Source of the DNA: Klebsormidium nitens | Lineage: Eukaryota; Plantae; Klebsormidiophyceae | Length of the DNA: 64,000 bases | NCBI GenBank assembly: GCA_000708835.1 | Contig: DF237172.1 | Coordinates: forward strand, 62,001 to 126,000 | Direction: 5' to 3' | Shown: one piece after another, positions 10,332 through 37,009 of the stretch | Layout: the number at the start of each line of letters is the position of its first letter | Numbering within the stretch: position 1 is the first letter of the stretch | The notes under the pieces: generated by a model | Seen by the model: the letters and a program-made list of their open reading frames with translations, nothing else | The model's database searches: none | Told to the model about the DNA's origin: nothing | Translations under genes and position numbers: made by a program

Positions 10332-13077
10332 TCACTTTGGTTCAACTTTACTAAGCCACTGCTCGACTTCGCCTGCTGCTCTATACCCAGCTTCAAGCGC
10401 CCCTTCCATGTAGCCTAACCACCGAGTCGACGTTTCGGTCGCAGCCCAGTGGAGGCAACCGATCGGTTTTCGAAGGACTCCGGCATACTTGCACGTGACG
10501 CCAGGGGGGGCAAGGTTCACCGGGCATCCCCTGTACACGAAAAAGCAAAGCTTTGAGATATGCGGAACAATAAAGTGAGTATAACGTTCGGTCTTGGCAC
10601 ATGGTTGTATCGTTGCCCGCTTGGGTACGTTGGGAGGGACGTCTGAAGGAGCCATCCTGCAGCTTTTTGGAAGTAGAAAAGTGTTTCAGAAAAGTAGTCG
10701 TTCAACCCACGAAACTTGAAATTGTGGCGAAAGCTTATCCGCAAGGAGCGAATGCTTCAGAAATACAGCCCGAACACAAGGTTTCTGGTTGCCTGAACGA
10801 AAGTTAAAAACGTTCCTAAAACTTTGTATCAATCTTCTTAATCGAGGTGCACGCCCGTAGCCCAACAAATCACAGTAGATTTGCCGACGGCCTGATCAGA
10901 CGAGCAGACGGCCCCCGAAACCTTGATAACCTAAGAATGACACGCGCTTCCTTTCTGCAACTCTTCGTTCTTCAAGCAAGGAGCCCAGATATCTTGTGTC
11001 GCTGGGTGTGGTTCGTATTTCGAATTGTGCAGATTTGGACGTTTCTGGCTGTATATCGAACGCAAACAACCGCAGCCCGGTGTTCAGGAAAGGAACTATC
11101 ACGGTTGCAAAACGTGTTCAAGAGATGGATCTAGTTTGTACGGGTCGGACTGCCCTGCAAGAACAGCCAGTGATGAAAAGCCAGAGCTGATGGAAGCAAA
11201 CAATTGACAGCTCCGATGGGTCTGAATGGTATAAAGCAACGTACCAAGGTAAGCCGTGTGGCAGCTGTCCGAAATAGTGAGCGAGGAACGGAGAGGGCTG
11301 GACATAAGAGATACCAGGATGGACGGAATTACGCTCATCACAACCGCGATCAGTAGCGCAACGTCGCAAAAGGGGCGCGATTCGGCAAGTACAAGAACAA
11401 AGACGAAAAGCTAGAGTCGGTACACGACGAACGCGAAAAGACCCAGGACAGAAGGAAAGACACAGACTGTCTTTGTTCTTTGAGAAAAGAAGCAGGCTGC
11501 CATAGAGAAGGACAGAAAAGGAATACAGAAATAGCAGAAGGTTTCAATCGAGATAGAGGCACGGCACACGAAATCCTTTGGACACTCGAGGACCGAACTT
11601 GGAATTGAAACGAATCAGGATAACAAAGACAGTTCGAACGGCTCACTTGGTCCAGAGGTCGTCCGCCCACACCTTTAGATGCAACTCGGTGAACGCCCGC
11701 GCCTCCTCCCCAAAGAACCGCACTAGCGACCGTACAACCCCCGCTCTTTGTTCCTCTTCCGTCACCCCCCCGTGGTCATCCGCAAGGGCCCCTGTGATGA
11801 AGCACGCCAGAGCTGCGTACGCCCCGCCCTCGCCGCTGACGTCAAATGACATCAGCACGGGGTGCTCCCTGGAATACCCCGCAGCCATGGCCTCCCCACT
11901 GAACCCCTTTTCCCGCCAGAACGGCGTTGGGTAGCAGACAACTGCTTTAGTGTACGAGCCCATGAAGTAGCGCGAACCAATCTGTTCCTGGAGAAGGGGC
12001 AGGGGGGGAAAGAAGGAGATGTGCCGGATGATCATTGTGGGGGGGACAGCGACAATCACAGCTTTTGCCCGAAACGCCCCCTTTGCGCTGTGGACTATTG
12101 CTCCTCCATTGCGTCCGCGTTCTTCAGAAGCATTGTTGTTGCTTGCTGGATGACTCGAATGAGACCCTGATTCTGTCTCACACTGGCCCGCTTTCAAACT
12201 TGCACCTTCTTCACTTGGCTCTGGGCCGTTGGAGCTTGCCCCTCGCTCGTATGACGCGGCGACACCTGTCTCCCCAAGCTCTTTGCTGCTTACACCATCT
12301 TCTCCGCTTCCCCCAAGCTCGCCGCCGTGGTCAATCTGGTAAACAGGCGCCTCTGAAATGCACGCACAGCCCTTCCGTCCCGCCACCCTCGCAGCCAGCC
12401 GCTCACTCAGCTGCTGCGCGCCCCCTTCAATGTACGAATCCTGCGCCGCCCCCTCCGCGTCCACAAGCTGAGCGAACCCCCCCGCAACATTTGAATAATG
12501 CAACGCAAAAAGCAGAGAGATGTCCCGGCATTCGCAGCCCCACACCATCCTCACCGCGACATCCAGCAAGTCCTTGGCAGGCTGGGTCTAAAAGCTCCGC
12601 TGCTTCCAGCTTTCCAAAGTCTCCCCGTCCCAGGTGATCATTACTCTCGGAGCCCATTCGTAGCGCCCCATCAGAGCCCGCCACCTGGCGCGCCATCCTT
12701 TCCAGCTGCCAGAATGCGCGGACGCCCACCTCGAGCTGACTCAGTATCGGAATGGGGGGCACCGTCCCATGGTACTTGCGCACCGAACCAGCCCCCCCGG
12801 GGTGCATGATCGCATAGCCCCCCGTGTGCTGCTTTCTCACGCTGATCCCCAACTCTGCACACAGCGCGTGCATCAAATGCTGAGAAGGTGCGAGCCAACG
12901 ACCGCCCAGGTCGTGCGCTCCCCCGTCTTCGCTTCTGACAGTCAATGTGCGCCCCCCGAAGCGATCAGACGCCTCCAGAACCAGGACTTTGAGGCCTTGT
13001 TTGCTGAGCTTGTCAGCGGCGGCAAGCCCAGACAGTCCTCCGCCCACCACAATGACTTCATACTCCATGCTAGTCAT
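10332..13077 (-). CDS. Flavin-containing amine oxidase (MAO-like); needs a 97-nt intron (12684-12588) or else carries a frameshift plus a nonsense codon
   Basis: N-terminal FAD motif VIVVGGGLSGLAAA...VLVLEASDRFGGRT and DLGGRW; central EGGAQQLSERLAA and KAVIVAVPP; C-terminal LHWAATETSTRWLGYMEGALEAGYRAA. Intron 11646-10531 is GT-AG and in frame. In-frame TAG at 12590-12588 with a frame change just upstream. Confidence 0.85.
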
Positions 13078-13936
13078 TGATGACGGGGCCTTCGCTACTC
13101 GGAAGTGTCCTGATCAGAGGACATAAACGTCAGCTTCAGAAGTTTGCCGGCATGTGAAAGCGACAGCCCTTTTCAGGATGAGCAGACACTGTATAGGAGG
13201 AGTTGAAATCAACCGGTTCCTGCTGCTAGTACTCCTGCCCATGCTACAATGCTAAAATGCTAGCTGCGTTCTGCGCCATTTGAAATGCTGTGGCCCTGAG
13301 TACCATTCACGAGTGAATCAAAGAGAGAGGGACCCCTTCAGGCTTCAAAGTTCAGCTAGCTTTCAAGAGCAGCTTGTCTTCCCCCGGGTCCAAGCTGCCG
13401 GGTCATGGCCGGCGGTAGTGCCGGTTGTCCGGTGAGTGAGGTCGTCGCAAAGCCCAAATGGCAACGGCGCATTCGAAACGGCACTGCATGAGCGCCCCGG
13501 GCGCAACCGGGGGGCGGGTGAATGCATGCTGCCTGGAACGGACTCCAGATTGGCGGATCAGCAAAGTTCAATCTTCCAAGTTCCGGAGATCTTCTGAGTG
13601 GCGGGAGCAACAGATGTTTCAGCTATTAGAAGCTGGCTGGGAGGATACATTGTCATAAGCTTTGGGCAGTAGGTAGCTGACGTGAGAGAAAATTCTGGTC
13701 GGTGGAGGGGGCGCACGGCGGCAGCTGGCATGTCAGAAGATAGTGGGCACTTTCCATCCAGAATATGTTTAGGACGTTGTTATCTGTAATCTGAGGGCTG
13801 GGCTAGCTTCCCAAAGAGTCAGTTTGAGAAACAGAGTTCGGAACCCCAACACCTGCTCAATTCCGTGCTCAGGCAACATAGTGAAGTGTCTCAGCGCCGC
13901 CACTGAGCAGAGTTCTTGAATGTGGACTGTCTCTCG

Positions 13937-24195
<10,259 letters not shown>

Positions 24196-25088
24196 GATCA
24201 GCGAGGCATCTCTATGGTTCGATCAGGCACGTTACAGCTTTGCCTGGGACATGTTGGTGGCGGTCAGCCCCTGTTGTATTTGGAGTCGACAAACTACAAG
24301 AAACGTGCAACGAAGCTTGGGTAAATCAGACCCTTGTCACCTCAGGGACCAACTTGTCTAATCTACGAACTCGTATTGCTGGCCCAGTGCTCAAGGACTG
24401 TAGTGATCTTTTAAGCACAACAATCAGTAAGCACACTGATTATCTAGGCACCACGCAAGTTCTACAGCTGCCTTCTGCGTGCGGCAGCTCAGTGCATGAA
24501 TCAGCCGTCATATGTGACTCAAGCTCAGGTCTATGCAACCACGCATACGCTTGATTACGATTCATGCTGTGACATAGTTGTTGCAGTGTAGCCTAGCACA
24601 GTACACACGTACATGTGGCGCAGCTTCTTATAGCATATATGACCATATGCAGATCAGGCACTCCCATGTGCTTAGTAGCAGATCCTCAGCGCCATAAATC
24701 CAATCGGAGCTCTGCGCAACAGGGGCAAAGTGCACGTAATGGTTGGACACTCTTGCTGCATATGCCTGAACTTGGAGCTCGCGTGCGATGGGAATGCCAA
24801 TGGACGAAAGCGCGGCTCAACTCGATTGTTCATGCAACACATATTCCTCTCACGGTGAAATTCAACGTAATACATTGATATCACCCCACAACAGCTGGGT
24901 ACAACAGTCCGCAATCCAGTTTCAGTACAGTACAGGCCACCTCCTCGCATCAGCTTGCCCGATGCAAGAACATGGGATGGATATGCAAAGTCACCTAGCG
25001 TTGTTGGGCGACCCTGCTCGCACACGGAAGATAACGCAAACCCACAGCGACCATCAATGCAGTCTGGCCTACTAGACTAACTTATAAC

Positions 25089-27883
<2,795 letters not shown>

Positions 27884-28583
27884 TTTGCCAAGGATCTGAT
27901 CACAGCGTGCGCTCAATCCTTTCTTCTCCAGCTACCAGAAAACGTTAGGTATAGTTGCTCAATGGCCAGCTCGACCGTCTTCCCTCAGCAGGTGCATCCC
28001 AGATGATCAAAGCACGTCCAACCTGTGCCCAGAGCTCGCTAAGCGGCCGCTCCTCCCCACCGAGTTCCAACTGGTGCACCTCTTTACAAACTAATAGGTG
28101 TCCTCGCGATCTGCGCGCTGCAAAAGCTGCCTCAAGCCTGTCAAGGTGATTACCTACCTTCTTTCGAAAACTGCTACGATCCTCAAACGCTGAGAATCTT
28201 GTATACCTATGTAGGATTGATGGTTGTACTTTGCGCTTATTCTGGGTCTATAAGCCACTAAGAGAAGCTGAAATGTTAATAAAGGAACCACAAGAAGTTC
28301 GACGAAAGAGCAAACTCGGTCAGCATCTGCGCGCAGCCACACGAAAGAATGCTGGTCGTATACCAAGTTATTCTGAGCAAACTGTCAAAACAGAAATATC
28401 GCGGCGGCCTGGCTCGCATACGGCTCCTGAACAGTTGGGACTTGCTTGGAACCTAGATCAGCAAGGGAGACGGCTTTTGGTCTCGCTTTTGGCATTTGTC
28501 AGCTTGAGCTTTCCAGTTCCCTTTCAATTTGAAAGACTTCTGTAGTGTGCTGTAGTTGAAATCTCAGGTTGCACCTATCAGCC

Positions 28584-31500
28584 ATGTCGAGAAACGGGAC
28601 GCTTGAAGATGCTCTCAAGTCCATATCCGATTTCAACAAGCACCATCAAGCGGAGGAGCGTCGAAAAGTCAAAGAGCGGCGGGTGCCTTCTTCCAAAGCA
28701 CGGCTCAAGCAGAACAATGCTTCCGAGTCCGATGTCAGTGAAGCTGCATTGAAGCAGGACAATGTACGCAGGTCAAAGGACAAGAAAAAGCGGAGCAAGA
28801 AAAGGAGGAGTCGGAGAGAAGCTTTGGATGATGATGAGTCCAGTTCGGAGGAGGACAGGCACGCCAAAAGGTCGCGAACAAAGGCCAGTAAGAAGGGGGA
28901 CGGGGAGGAGGATGAGGAGGAGGATTCGGACGATGATCGGAGAAGGAGGAGGGAACGCCGGAAGAGGCGTAGGGAGAAAGAGCGGGAAGATAGGAGTCGG
29001 CGGAAAGAAAAGCGCAGGCGGGCAAAGAGGGATGCTTCCAGCTCAGCTTCAGAGTCGGACGAATCGAGTGAAGAAAATGCAGGATTTGCTGATAGAAGCG
29101 ATGCAGACGCTGTCAGGGCTGCAGAGAGTGTGTTGGACGGGTTCCCTTTGCTTCGGTCGGAACTTGTCCAGGTCAGTATCCTGTTCCAGTCACGCCTCCC
29201 ACTGCTCATCTTCGTTCCTTGTTTTGCTTTTTGTTTTCTCTTTTCCCCCCCTCCCCACTTGGGAATCTGAAGAGTATGCTCTCCCCCCTGCTGTATCTGC
29301 ATTCCTCTGCTGTGGGACCCAATGAAACTATGTATATTGCATCTTGCTTGTCTTGTGGAAATCAACGAAACTCCATAATTGCATCTCAATTGCCCTGTGG
29401 GACGCGATTAAGCTTTATCCCTCTTGTCTCGATTGTCATGTCTAGATGCTGACAAACTGAGATCAGTCACTTGCTCCTGTTTCCACAGCTTCTCTCAACG
29501 CTTGACGCGGGCCAGGCTGTCGACATCTCCTCAATCCCTGACCCCAAGCTCAAGTCCCTACTCACAGACCTCTTCCTTGCCCTCGGCCTCCGCAAGTCCC
29601 CCTTGGGCCTGTATCTCCTCCCCGAGGGGTCCCCCAAAACCCTCGAAACCCTGTCTCCCGTTCTGAGCCCGGAGCAGAATGAGGTTGGTCCTTCTGAGCA
29701 GGGGGCTGAAGTTGCCCCTGTGCCTTCGAACCCCCCCTCAGTAGCTGGCTCAAAAGACCCCCCCGAAGAGCGGGCGGGCCCGTCGGAAGCCCCAGTCATC
29801 GGTCCAGCTTTTCCCCCAAGAGAACCAGGCTTGGAAAATGGGCTGCACGAGGGGGGGAAAGGGGCGCGGCTGGTAGTCGGTTCAGGAATGCCGAATGGTG
29901 GTGCAACGAGTGTTTCGGAAGAAGTTCCGGAGAGAGTGAAGATTGGTCCAGCGGCCGGCCCGCCGCCAGGCCCCAAGAAAAGGTGAGCCAATGTGACAAT
30001 GATTCTCTGTAGAAGAAGTGTTCGATGTCATTGTTTTATGTACACAACTGCGCCTCCAACCGCCACATTTTTAGGCTATCGGAAGAGTTCAAAGATGCGC
30101 CTACAGTTCTGCGGTCATTACTTAGAGAGATGCATTCTTCCTGACTTTAGTCAGCTACGCTTGATCCTGCTCGCTTTTTGGTGAGTGAAAGCCCGCTGAT
30201 GTCATTGTGGCAGTATTGAGTACCGCTGCTATCGACCGCATGTCTCATCTAAATTGGCGAGTTTTTCACATGCCCTTTTGCTCTTTGTTCCTACCTTCTG
30301 CGGTTTGTCGGCCGGACATCTCGTTGATCGCTTGAAATCAGCTAACGTCCGCGGCCTTGCTTTGTGTAAGGAGAAAACCGAAGAATTGATCTGAGACGGT
30401 TCAAGAGGCGACCAACCCCTAGGCTCGGACTGAGTCACAAGAAGCTCTGGGCTAGGAAGAATTCAACCGCTGAGACTATGCGCAGGGTAATTGGGCCGGC
30501 GGCGCCTCCCCCGGAGGTCCTTCAAGCAGCCGCGAAGCTAACCGAAGCAGAAGAGGAGCTTAGGTACTATTCCATTTCGGGAGATGTTGCAGCTTTAAGC
30601 TGAGTTGTTTGCTTCCGCTTTGAAAGATCGATCCGTGGTGCTTTTCGTGGGTCTGCAATGATGATGAGCTGGTTGAGAGGCCATGTCAAAAGATTGTTTG
30701 ATTCCCGCGACTAACAGTCGTTGTGAAGTCCTGGAAAGTAGAAGAAGATCGGGACCAATTTGTATGGCCAGGTTTTCATCTAACAGCAGTAAGTGTGGCA
30801 CGGGCTTCGATCGGTAATCTTTAAGGGGCCTGAGATTTCGGGATGACGGGTCCGGTGAGAGCATGTGTATTCGTATGCAAGCATCATGGTTGCTACTCTG
30901 ACCGCTTCGCTGATCATGCACAATTACGGCCTTGCTGTTCGAGGTTGTCAATTTCCGATCACGGTTTCCGCGTTGCTTTTCGTTCTCGAATTGATCTTCG
31001 CACAGCCGTTTCGAGTATTCTGGAGCACACCATCGTTATTTGAGATTCTGAGTCCGCTTATTTGACTCCCAGTCGGAGATCTACTCTCTGGAACACTGCA
31101 ATCGAGTCTTGTCCGATAGTCCAAAACAGGCCCGGAAGGTGCGCGATCGTAAATCTACCGCAGAGAAACAGACCCAACGCTACCTTCTTTTTTGGGATGT
31201 AGCAGAGCGTTCTTAAATCGCGCCCACAATGCCAGTAGTGTGTTTTGGCCGCCATTAGAGAACGCTCTGTCCGTTCCTCCTCCAGGGCTGCCTACGACGA
31301 AGACGACGTGTTGATTGGGCCGCCTCCCCCCGCCCTAGTTGCCGAGGCAGAGGACGCCCCAGAGAAGGAAAGGTTCGACGAGGTGAGGCGATCCTTTTGC
31401 ACCTCAAAGGGTTAGCTACCGCAGGAAGATGCGAAGAAGGTGGTGACATGTCACTTCCCTTGCGACGTAGTACTGGTATCGAGTCCTACTGCTCTCTTGT

Positions 31501-34500
31501 AGAATGGACGATCTCGATTCTCTAAAATGCACCAAAAGTTCAGCGCTGAAGGGGATCCAGGACTTGGTTTATCGACGATTTCGGTTGACGTGCGTCTCTT
31601 CCCAGTAGCAGCTCTGGTTCCTGTCCTTCTCTACTGCTCTATGTTATCCCTATTGCTCTCGTGGGTGACCCCATTTTTGAATCCAGCCACATGCAAATTT
31701 ACCTTTTGTTCTCCCGTAACTCCGCAGGGCACAAATTTAATCCCAGTGCTTTTGTTGAACCCACCTCTCCCGCAGGTCCCGCATCCCACAACGAGGACTC
31801 GTGTGCGGAGCTTCCCCGTCGTCATGTGACACCCTCGTTCGCGAGTCTCCCTTGCCAAACCACTGCTTGACCGACGTTTTCGCCCCTAATCCCCTGCAGG
31901 TTATCCACATTCTGGCCCACAACCCAGGACTCGTAACCCGCCTTTTGTTGCTACACGTCTGTTCGTGACCTTCTCCTCCCTAACCACTGTCCTGACCCAG
32001 TTTAATTGCACCTTACCCCCGCAGGTTATCCACATTCTGGCGCCCACAAGCCAGGACCCGTCCACGGGGCTTTCCTGCCTTCGTCACTACACCCCTGTTC
32101 GTCTTTGTTGACTATGGTCCCCCTCCCTAACCACTGTTTTGACCCACCCTTTTCGCCCCTAACCCCCGCAGGTTCTACACATCCTGGCGCCCACAACCCG
32201 GGACCCGTACACGCTTCTGCGCGTCAAAGCCGACGCGTCTGCGTCCGAGATCAAGAAGCGGTACTGGAAGCTGTCGCTCCTAGTTCATCCCGACAAGTGC
32301 ACGCACCCGCAGGCCCAGAACGCCTTTACGGCCCTCAACAAGGCCTTCAAGGAAGTCGAGGACCCAGCAAAGGTGGGCCCTGCTTTTGAGTTTGTTGAGG
32401 ATTTGTTGACGTGTTTCTTAGTCGGTTTTACCTTACGGTTGCGCTCAACAAGGCCTTTCAAGGAAGCGAAGGGTCTAGCAGATGTGGGCCCGCTTTGGCT
32501 ATGTCCATTGCCTCTTTTTATGCTGAGAGCTCAACGAGGCTTTCAGAGGAGTCAGGACCCAGCCAAGGTAGGCCCCGCTTTTGGGTTTGTTAATTAGCTT
32601 CTTGACACTCTCTATGCTGAGAGCTCGTTCAACAGGGTCTTTAGAAAGGTCGAAATCCTAGCAACAGTTTTCCCTGTTCTTTCTAACGAAGGTCCGTTGC
32701 AAGGACACTTTATTCAGGCTTCACGTCAGTTGGGTCCAAGAAATCTGCATATCAATCAGGCAGTTGGTTGATTACTAGCGTTGCGTTCATCGTGCTCTGG
32801 AACGCAGCGGGAGAGACCTTCAGTAACCGGTCTTGTGCCCTTGCCTTTCCCTGTCAATGCGCTAAGAAGCGTTGCTGGTGACTTCCTTGCAACTGCTAAG
32901 ACGATGAAAAGTTTCTCGAGGGGATTGCTTGGCGTTGAGCTTCGCTAGAGTAGCAAGTTTTCCAACTAGATCTTTGAAGTCGGGACGACGCGGAGAATGA
33001 ACACTAGCTATTTCGCAGTGGGTGATTGTCGATGGAGAGGTCACGACACAAAGGGCGAACGCGGTTAAACACGTTCCTTCCTGTTGCGCAGCGAGCGATC
33101 GTGGATGCGAAAGTGGCGGAGATCCAGCGCAAGGCGGAGTTTGCGGAGGAGATGAAGGCGCTGCGTGAAGCGGCGGAGTGGCGCAAGCTGCGAGGTGATC
33201 TAGTCCTTCCTTAACCATCGTCCTTCAAAACGTGCACGGTCAGAGGTGTACTTCGTGCTCCAAGCACTTTGTCTCCTCTCCTTTGCCTAGGTCCAAGCTA
33301 CAAGATTTCCCGTGTGCACCCAATGTTAGTGTTCAGGCTTCAAATGATTGTATGTTCTGTCAGACGTATTAAATGTCTGACAAACTGTTGGAACGTTCAA
33401 TAATGGTCAACGAAAAATTCAGGCCAAAAGTGCGCTTTTGCGCATTCAACCCTTGTCGCTATCGCGTCAGGCTTTCTCCCAATCTCCATTGTCAGAGTCT
33501 GATCCCTGACGTACGGTAGCGCAGCACGAATCAATCCTGCGTACAAGAACTACCACAAAGACGCAAACTAGACCGGAAACTTCTCTCCTTACCGCAGGCC
33601 AGTCTGAGCCCGGGGACGAGGAGCTGCTGGGGGCGGCTCCCGAGGAAGAGGCCCGGGACACGTGGATGACGGAGCTGCCGCCAGAGCGACAGGTGAGGCG
33701 CACGTGCGGCTGATCCAGCTTCAGTATTTTCTAGCAATATTTTATTGATGGGAAACTTACGAGGATCATGAGAGGCTTGGGGCAATTGTGGACAATCGTG
33801 TCTTTCTTACACGCGCAACCTTGTGCAGTTCGGTTTAGCACCCCACCGAACTACGAGTTGATATAACCGTGAATTGATCTGAAGCACGTTCGATTACGTT
33901 CCGTACTTTAAAGTCCTATCGTTCTTCGTCGGGGGAATCTTTCTAGTGTTCTTTGGAACGGTTATAAGCTCCTCAACTGAGGTCGATAGACGGAAGTTGA
34001 GGTACCTGTGGCTCCGTCAATTCGAACCGAACAGGTCGTTTGTGTTTGGAATGGCTTCCCTATTCTGCATGCTTGCGGAGCTTGCTTAGTCCGCATGGTC
34101 CGAAGAAGAACCCTACCAGTTCAATCTCCGCTAACTTTCTGCTTTCTAGTCGCTCAATCGTCTCTTCTTTTCCGAGGGGTTCCGTAACTCCATCTTTGCT
34201 TGCATCACGCTCCAGCACCCGATAATACCACTCCAAAATGCTGGGAGTGCAAATACATTCAGCGGAGATGCTCAAGGTTTTCATTTGGCGAGAAATTACT
34301 GACGGTCCATCTCTGTCGCAGGCTGGCCCTGCGATGCCAATGCAGTCGACGTACTTCAGCACGAAGGAGGGCACGGGAAGGGGGGATACGAGCGCCTGGA
34401 CGGACAACCCCCAGCAGAAGGCCAAGAAGGAGGCGCAACAGTGCGTGCCCGGAACCCAGTTCCTCCCTTCTGCTTTCCCTTGAGTGTTTTCTTCTTGCTG

Positions 34501-35596
34501 TTTTTAAAAAGGAGTTATCCTTACTGTTCTCGAATTGCTTGATTTTACACCGGCTTTTGGATTCATACCACAACGACGTAGCACTCTGATTGTCGGGCCA
34601 AAGGAACCGCCGAAAGAAGACGTCAGCAAAGCGGGTTGAAGGACGAAGTGTAGGGGGACCTTTAGCGTTAAAGCTCTCTAAGGGTTATATCTTGGATACA
34701 AAACACTTCCTGTGTTATCGCGAATATGGTTCTGTCACATTGAGCATCTAGCTGACGTCTTCGATATGTGCTCGACTACGATAGATGGGCTCGTGCGAGG
34801 GGAGCTCGAGAGGAGACACCAGTGCGCTCTTTAGGCATTCCCAAAAGGCACGGCGATGCTTACGGAGGCGCCGTCGCTGAAGTAGTGGTCACTGTCAGCT
34901 TTGAGCAAAATAATTTGCTGGTTCATTTTCTCTTCCTTTCCACCTACGTAAGAATCTTCATCGTCGAGACACGATTGTGGTAGCTCCTCCCTTACCAGTT
35001 TGTGACGCGTTTCGAGCATGGCCGCAACTACGATGCTGTGCTTGATGTTGATTCTGCGGTGGTCCGTATACAGTACCCACTTCGGCCTGCGTTTTCTGAC
35101 GCATTCTATGCAGGGTCGGTCGGAGCTCGATCCGCACATCGGAAGAGGACCCCTATCTTACAATCTCCTTCTTTTCTGGCTGTCTTATCGATAAGACAAT
35201 TCCGACATTTAGTAATCCCTGCAACACCTCTCTTGCAGATACCTGGAAGCGTACAGCCAGGCGGTGCTGGGCCCGTCCGTTGCGGACGCCCAGGCGGCCG
35301 AGAAGGCGTCCGCGACCGCCCAGATCATCGACAGCTACAACAGCAAGAAGCGCGCGCAGTCGTTGGTGGAGAAACATCAGGAAGCAATGCTGAAGGAGAA
35401 GCAGAACAAGAAGAAAAAGAAAAAGGAAGAAACGATGAAGAAGGAAGAGTGGGAGGGGAGCCATCCATGGAAGCCGTGGGATCGCGAGAAGGATCTTGTG
35501 ATTGGAAAGACGGTTAAGCTCGATAGGGACTCGTCTGCGACCGCGCTTGCGTCGCGGTTTGGGGCGAGCCGGCCTGAGGAGAGACGCTTCTTGTAG
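28584..35596 (+). CDS. DnaJ/J-domain protein with K/R/S/E-rich N-terminus and C-terminal DUF3752-like region, 9 exons
   Basis: Exons 28584-29171, 29489-29982, 30486-30563, 31286-31382, 32172-32372, 33092-33194, 33598-33692, 34322-34440, 35239-35596; phases continuous. J-domain DPYTLL...IKKRYWKLSLLVHPDKC; RDTWMTELPPER; HPWKPWDREKDL. Confidence 0.9.
31765..32220 (+). repeat. Acceptor-side splice-junction echo, DnaJ intron 4 (4 copies)
   Basis: ccc(c/t)gcag|GTT(A/C)T...CACAT(T/C)CTGG..CCCACAA..C.GGAC.CGT starts at 31776, 31900, 32025 and 32172 (real). Confidence 0.9.
32330..32670 (+). repeat. Donor-side splice-junction echo, DnaJ intron 5 (3-4 copies)
   Basis: CTCAACAAGGCCTTCAAGGAAGTCGAGGACCCAGCAAAG|GTGGGCCC (real) is re-copied at ~32443, ~32528 and, decayed, ~32622. 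Confidence 0.85.
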
Positions 35597-37009
35597 TCCT
35601 AACTAGAAAGACACTGACCTATCGCCGGTCTGGCCGTGCAGTAGCTTCGAAGAGGGTGCCCGGTCTGGTCCAACGGCATCCGAAGCCCGTTTGGCAGATC
35701 GCGCTGAAGGGAGAGTGACACAAATATGTTCACGGCATATGCGACTGCAGTGCTTTCGCATGCACCAGGCAAATCTTGCACAAGCTACTTCTGGATGACG
35801 TCGGATCTAGATGATCATCTCATTGGATTTTTCCGGCGCTAGACGCCCCATATTTGTGGTGTCACCATACGTGAAAGTCTGTACGTACATGTTGATCCGA
35901 AGAAACTACCATCCGGAAAGCAGATTGACTGTCGATCTCGTGCGGTAACCTGAAACACATAATGACAATCATGGTGGTGCAACTGGATAATTTTTGGGCC
36001 TTATAAATTGCACTCAATCAAAGCTTTTGCTTACCCTAGCTGATATATAGGGTTATGCTCGAGCGAACTGGCAGTCGACTCATAGCTTGTAGTTGAATGA
36101 AATTGGTTATAATTGAAAAGCATTATGCTGCATGCGCATGTCACATCATATCATGGGTTGCAATTATGCATTATGCAGCGCGCGATCGAGCCTGTTGTAT
36201 GACATTTCCGCTCAGTGCATGTGAATTAATAATGACCGTCCGTCGGCTCTGTACGACAGAATTGCATGCTGATCGATATCCCATGTACTGTGTCTGTAAC
36301 ATGGAGGATTGATTGCTATCACATAGTACGTATGCCGTCATGTGCTTTTGCCAGATTGTAATATTTTGACAAAGAACTTCAATCGTTCAGTGATCGATTG
36401 CTGGCATGAATGAACTGTGCGCGCTCTATGTTGTGCATATGAAAAGCCTGTCACAGAGCCTAAAGAACTAGCCAGCCTAAGAAGGACCATAAGCATCACA
36501 AAGCCTTCTTCTAACAATCAGGTCATTCAATGTATGCCTGATTCAAGCCTCAAAATAGCAAAGTAGCTCACAACGAGAAAATGATCTGCCAGATGCCCAC
36601 TGACCCAAGGGACAACATCCGACAGGTAGTGTAAGTTCATAGGCTGATGCGATTTGTTCCTTCTGATCCCCTGTTTTGGAAGGCGCAGTTGATTGTCAGG
36701 CGCTCAAAAAGTTGGTCCAGTCAAATCCACACAATGACAATCTACTTGGGCCACCGGGATTTCTTTACAAACGTCAGCTGCCAAAGACTGCCTGGCTTGG
36801 ATCCTGATAATCCTCTAGCGCGGATCATCCTGATTTGACTTCTTGTACGGACACTCGAGGTCTGGGAATAAGGCACCAGTGCCCAGTAGCAGCCACGCTT
36901 GCCATGCTAAACCTGACAAGGCAGTGTCGTCATCTACTGCTGAGCCATAGGTTGGTAGCATGTCTCTTCGATGTGGGAAAAAAAAGCTCTAGGTTATATA
37001 CTAAGCTCC

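Noticed and set aside
13458-13658. ATG ORF upstream of CHD1L as its first exon
   Set aside because: No similarity to the CHD1L N-terminus and it ends in a stop; the ATG at 13937 gives a coherent first exon.
31765-32220. Regularly spaced repeats resembling a CRISPR array (also at 21681-22295 and 61570-62235)
   Set aside because: Eukaryotic introns; units are 110-200 bp and degenerate, the spacers are similar to each other, they derive from exon edges, and no cas genes are present.
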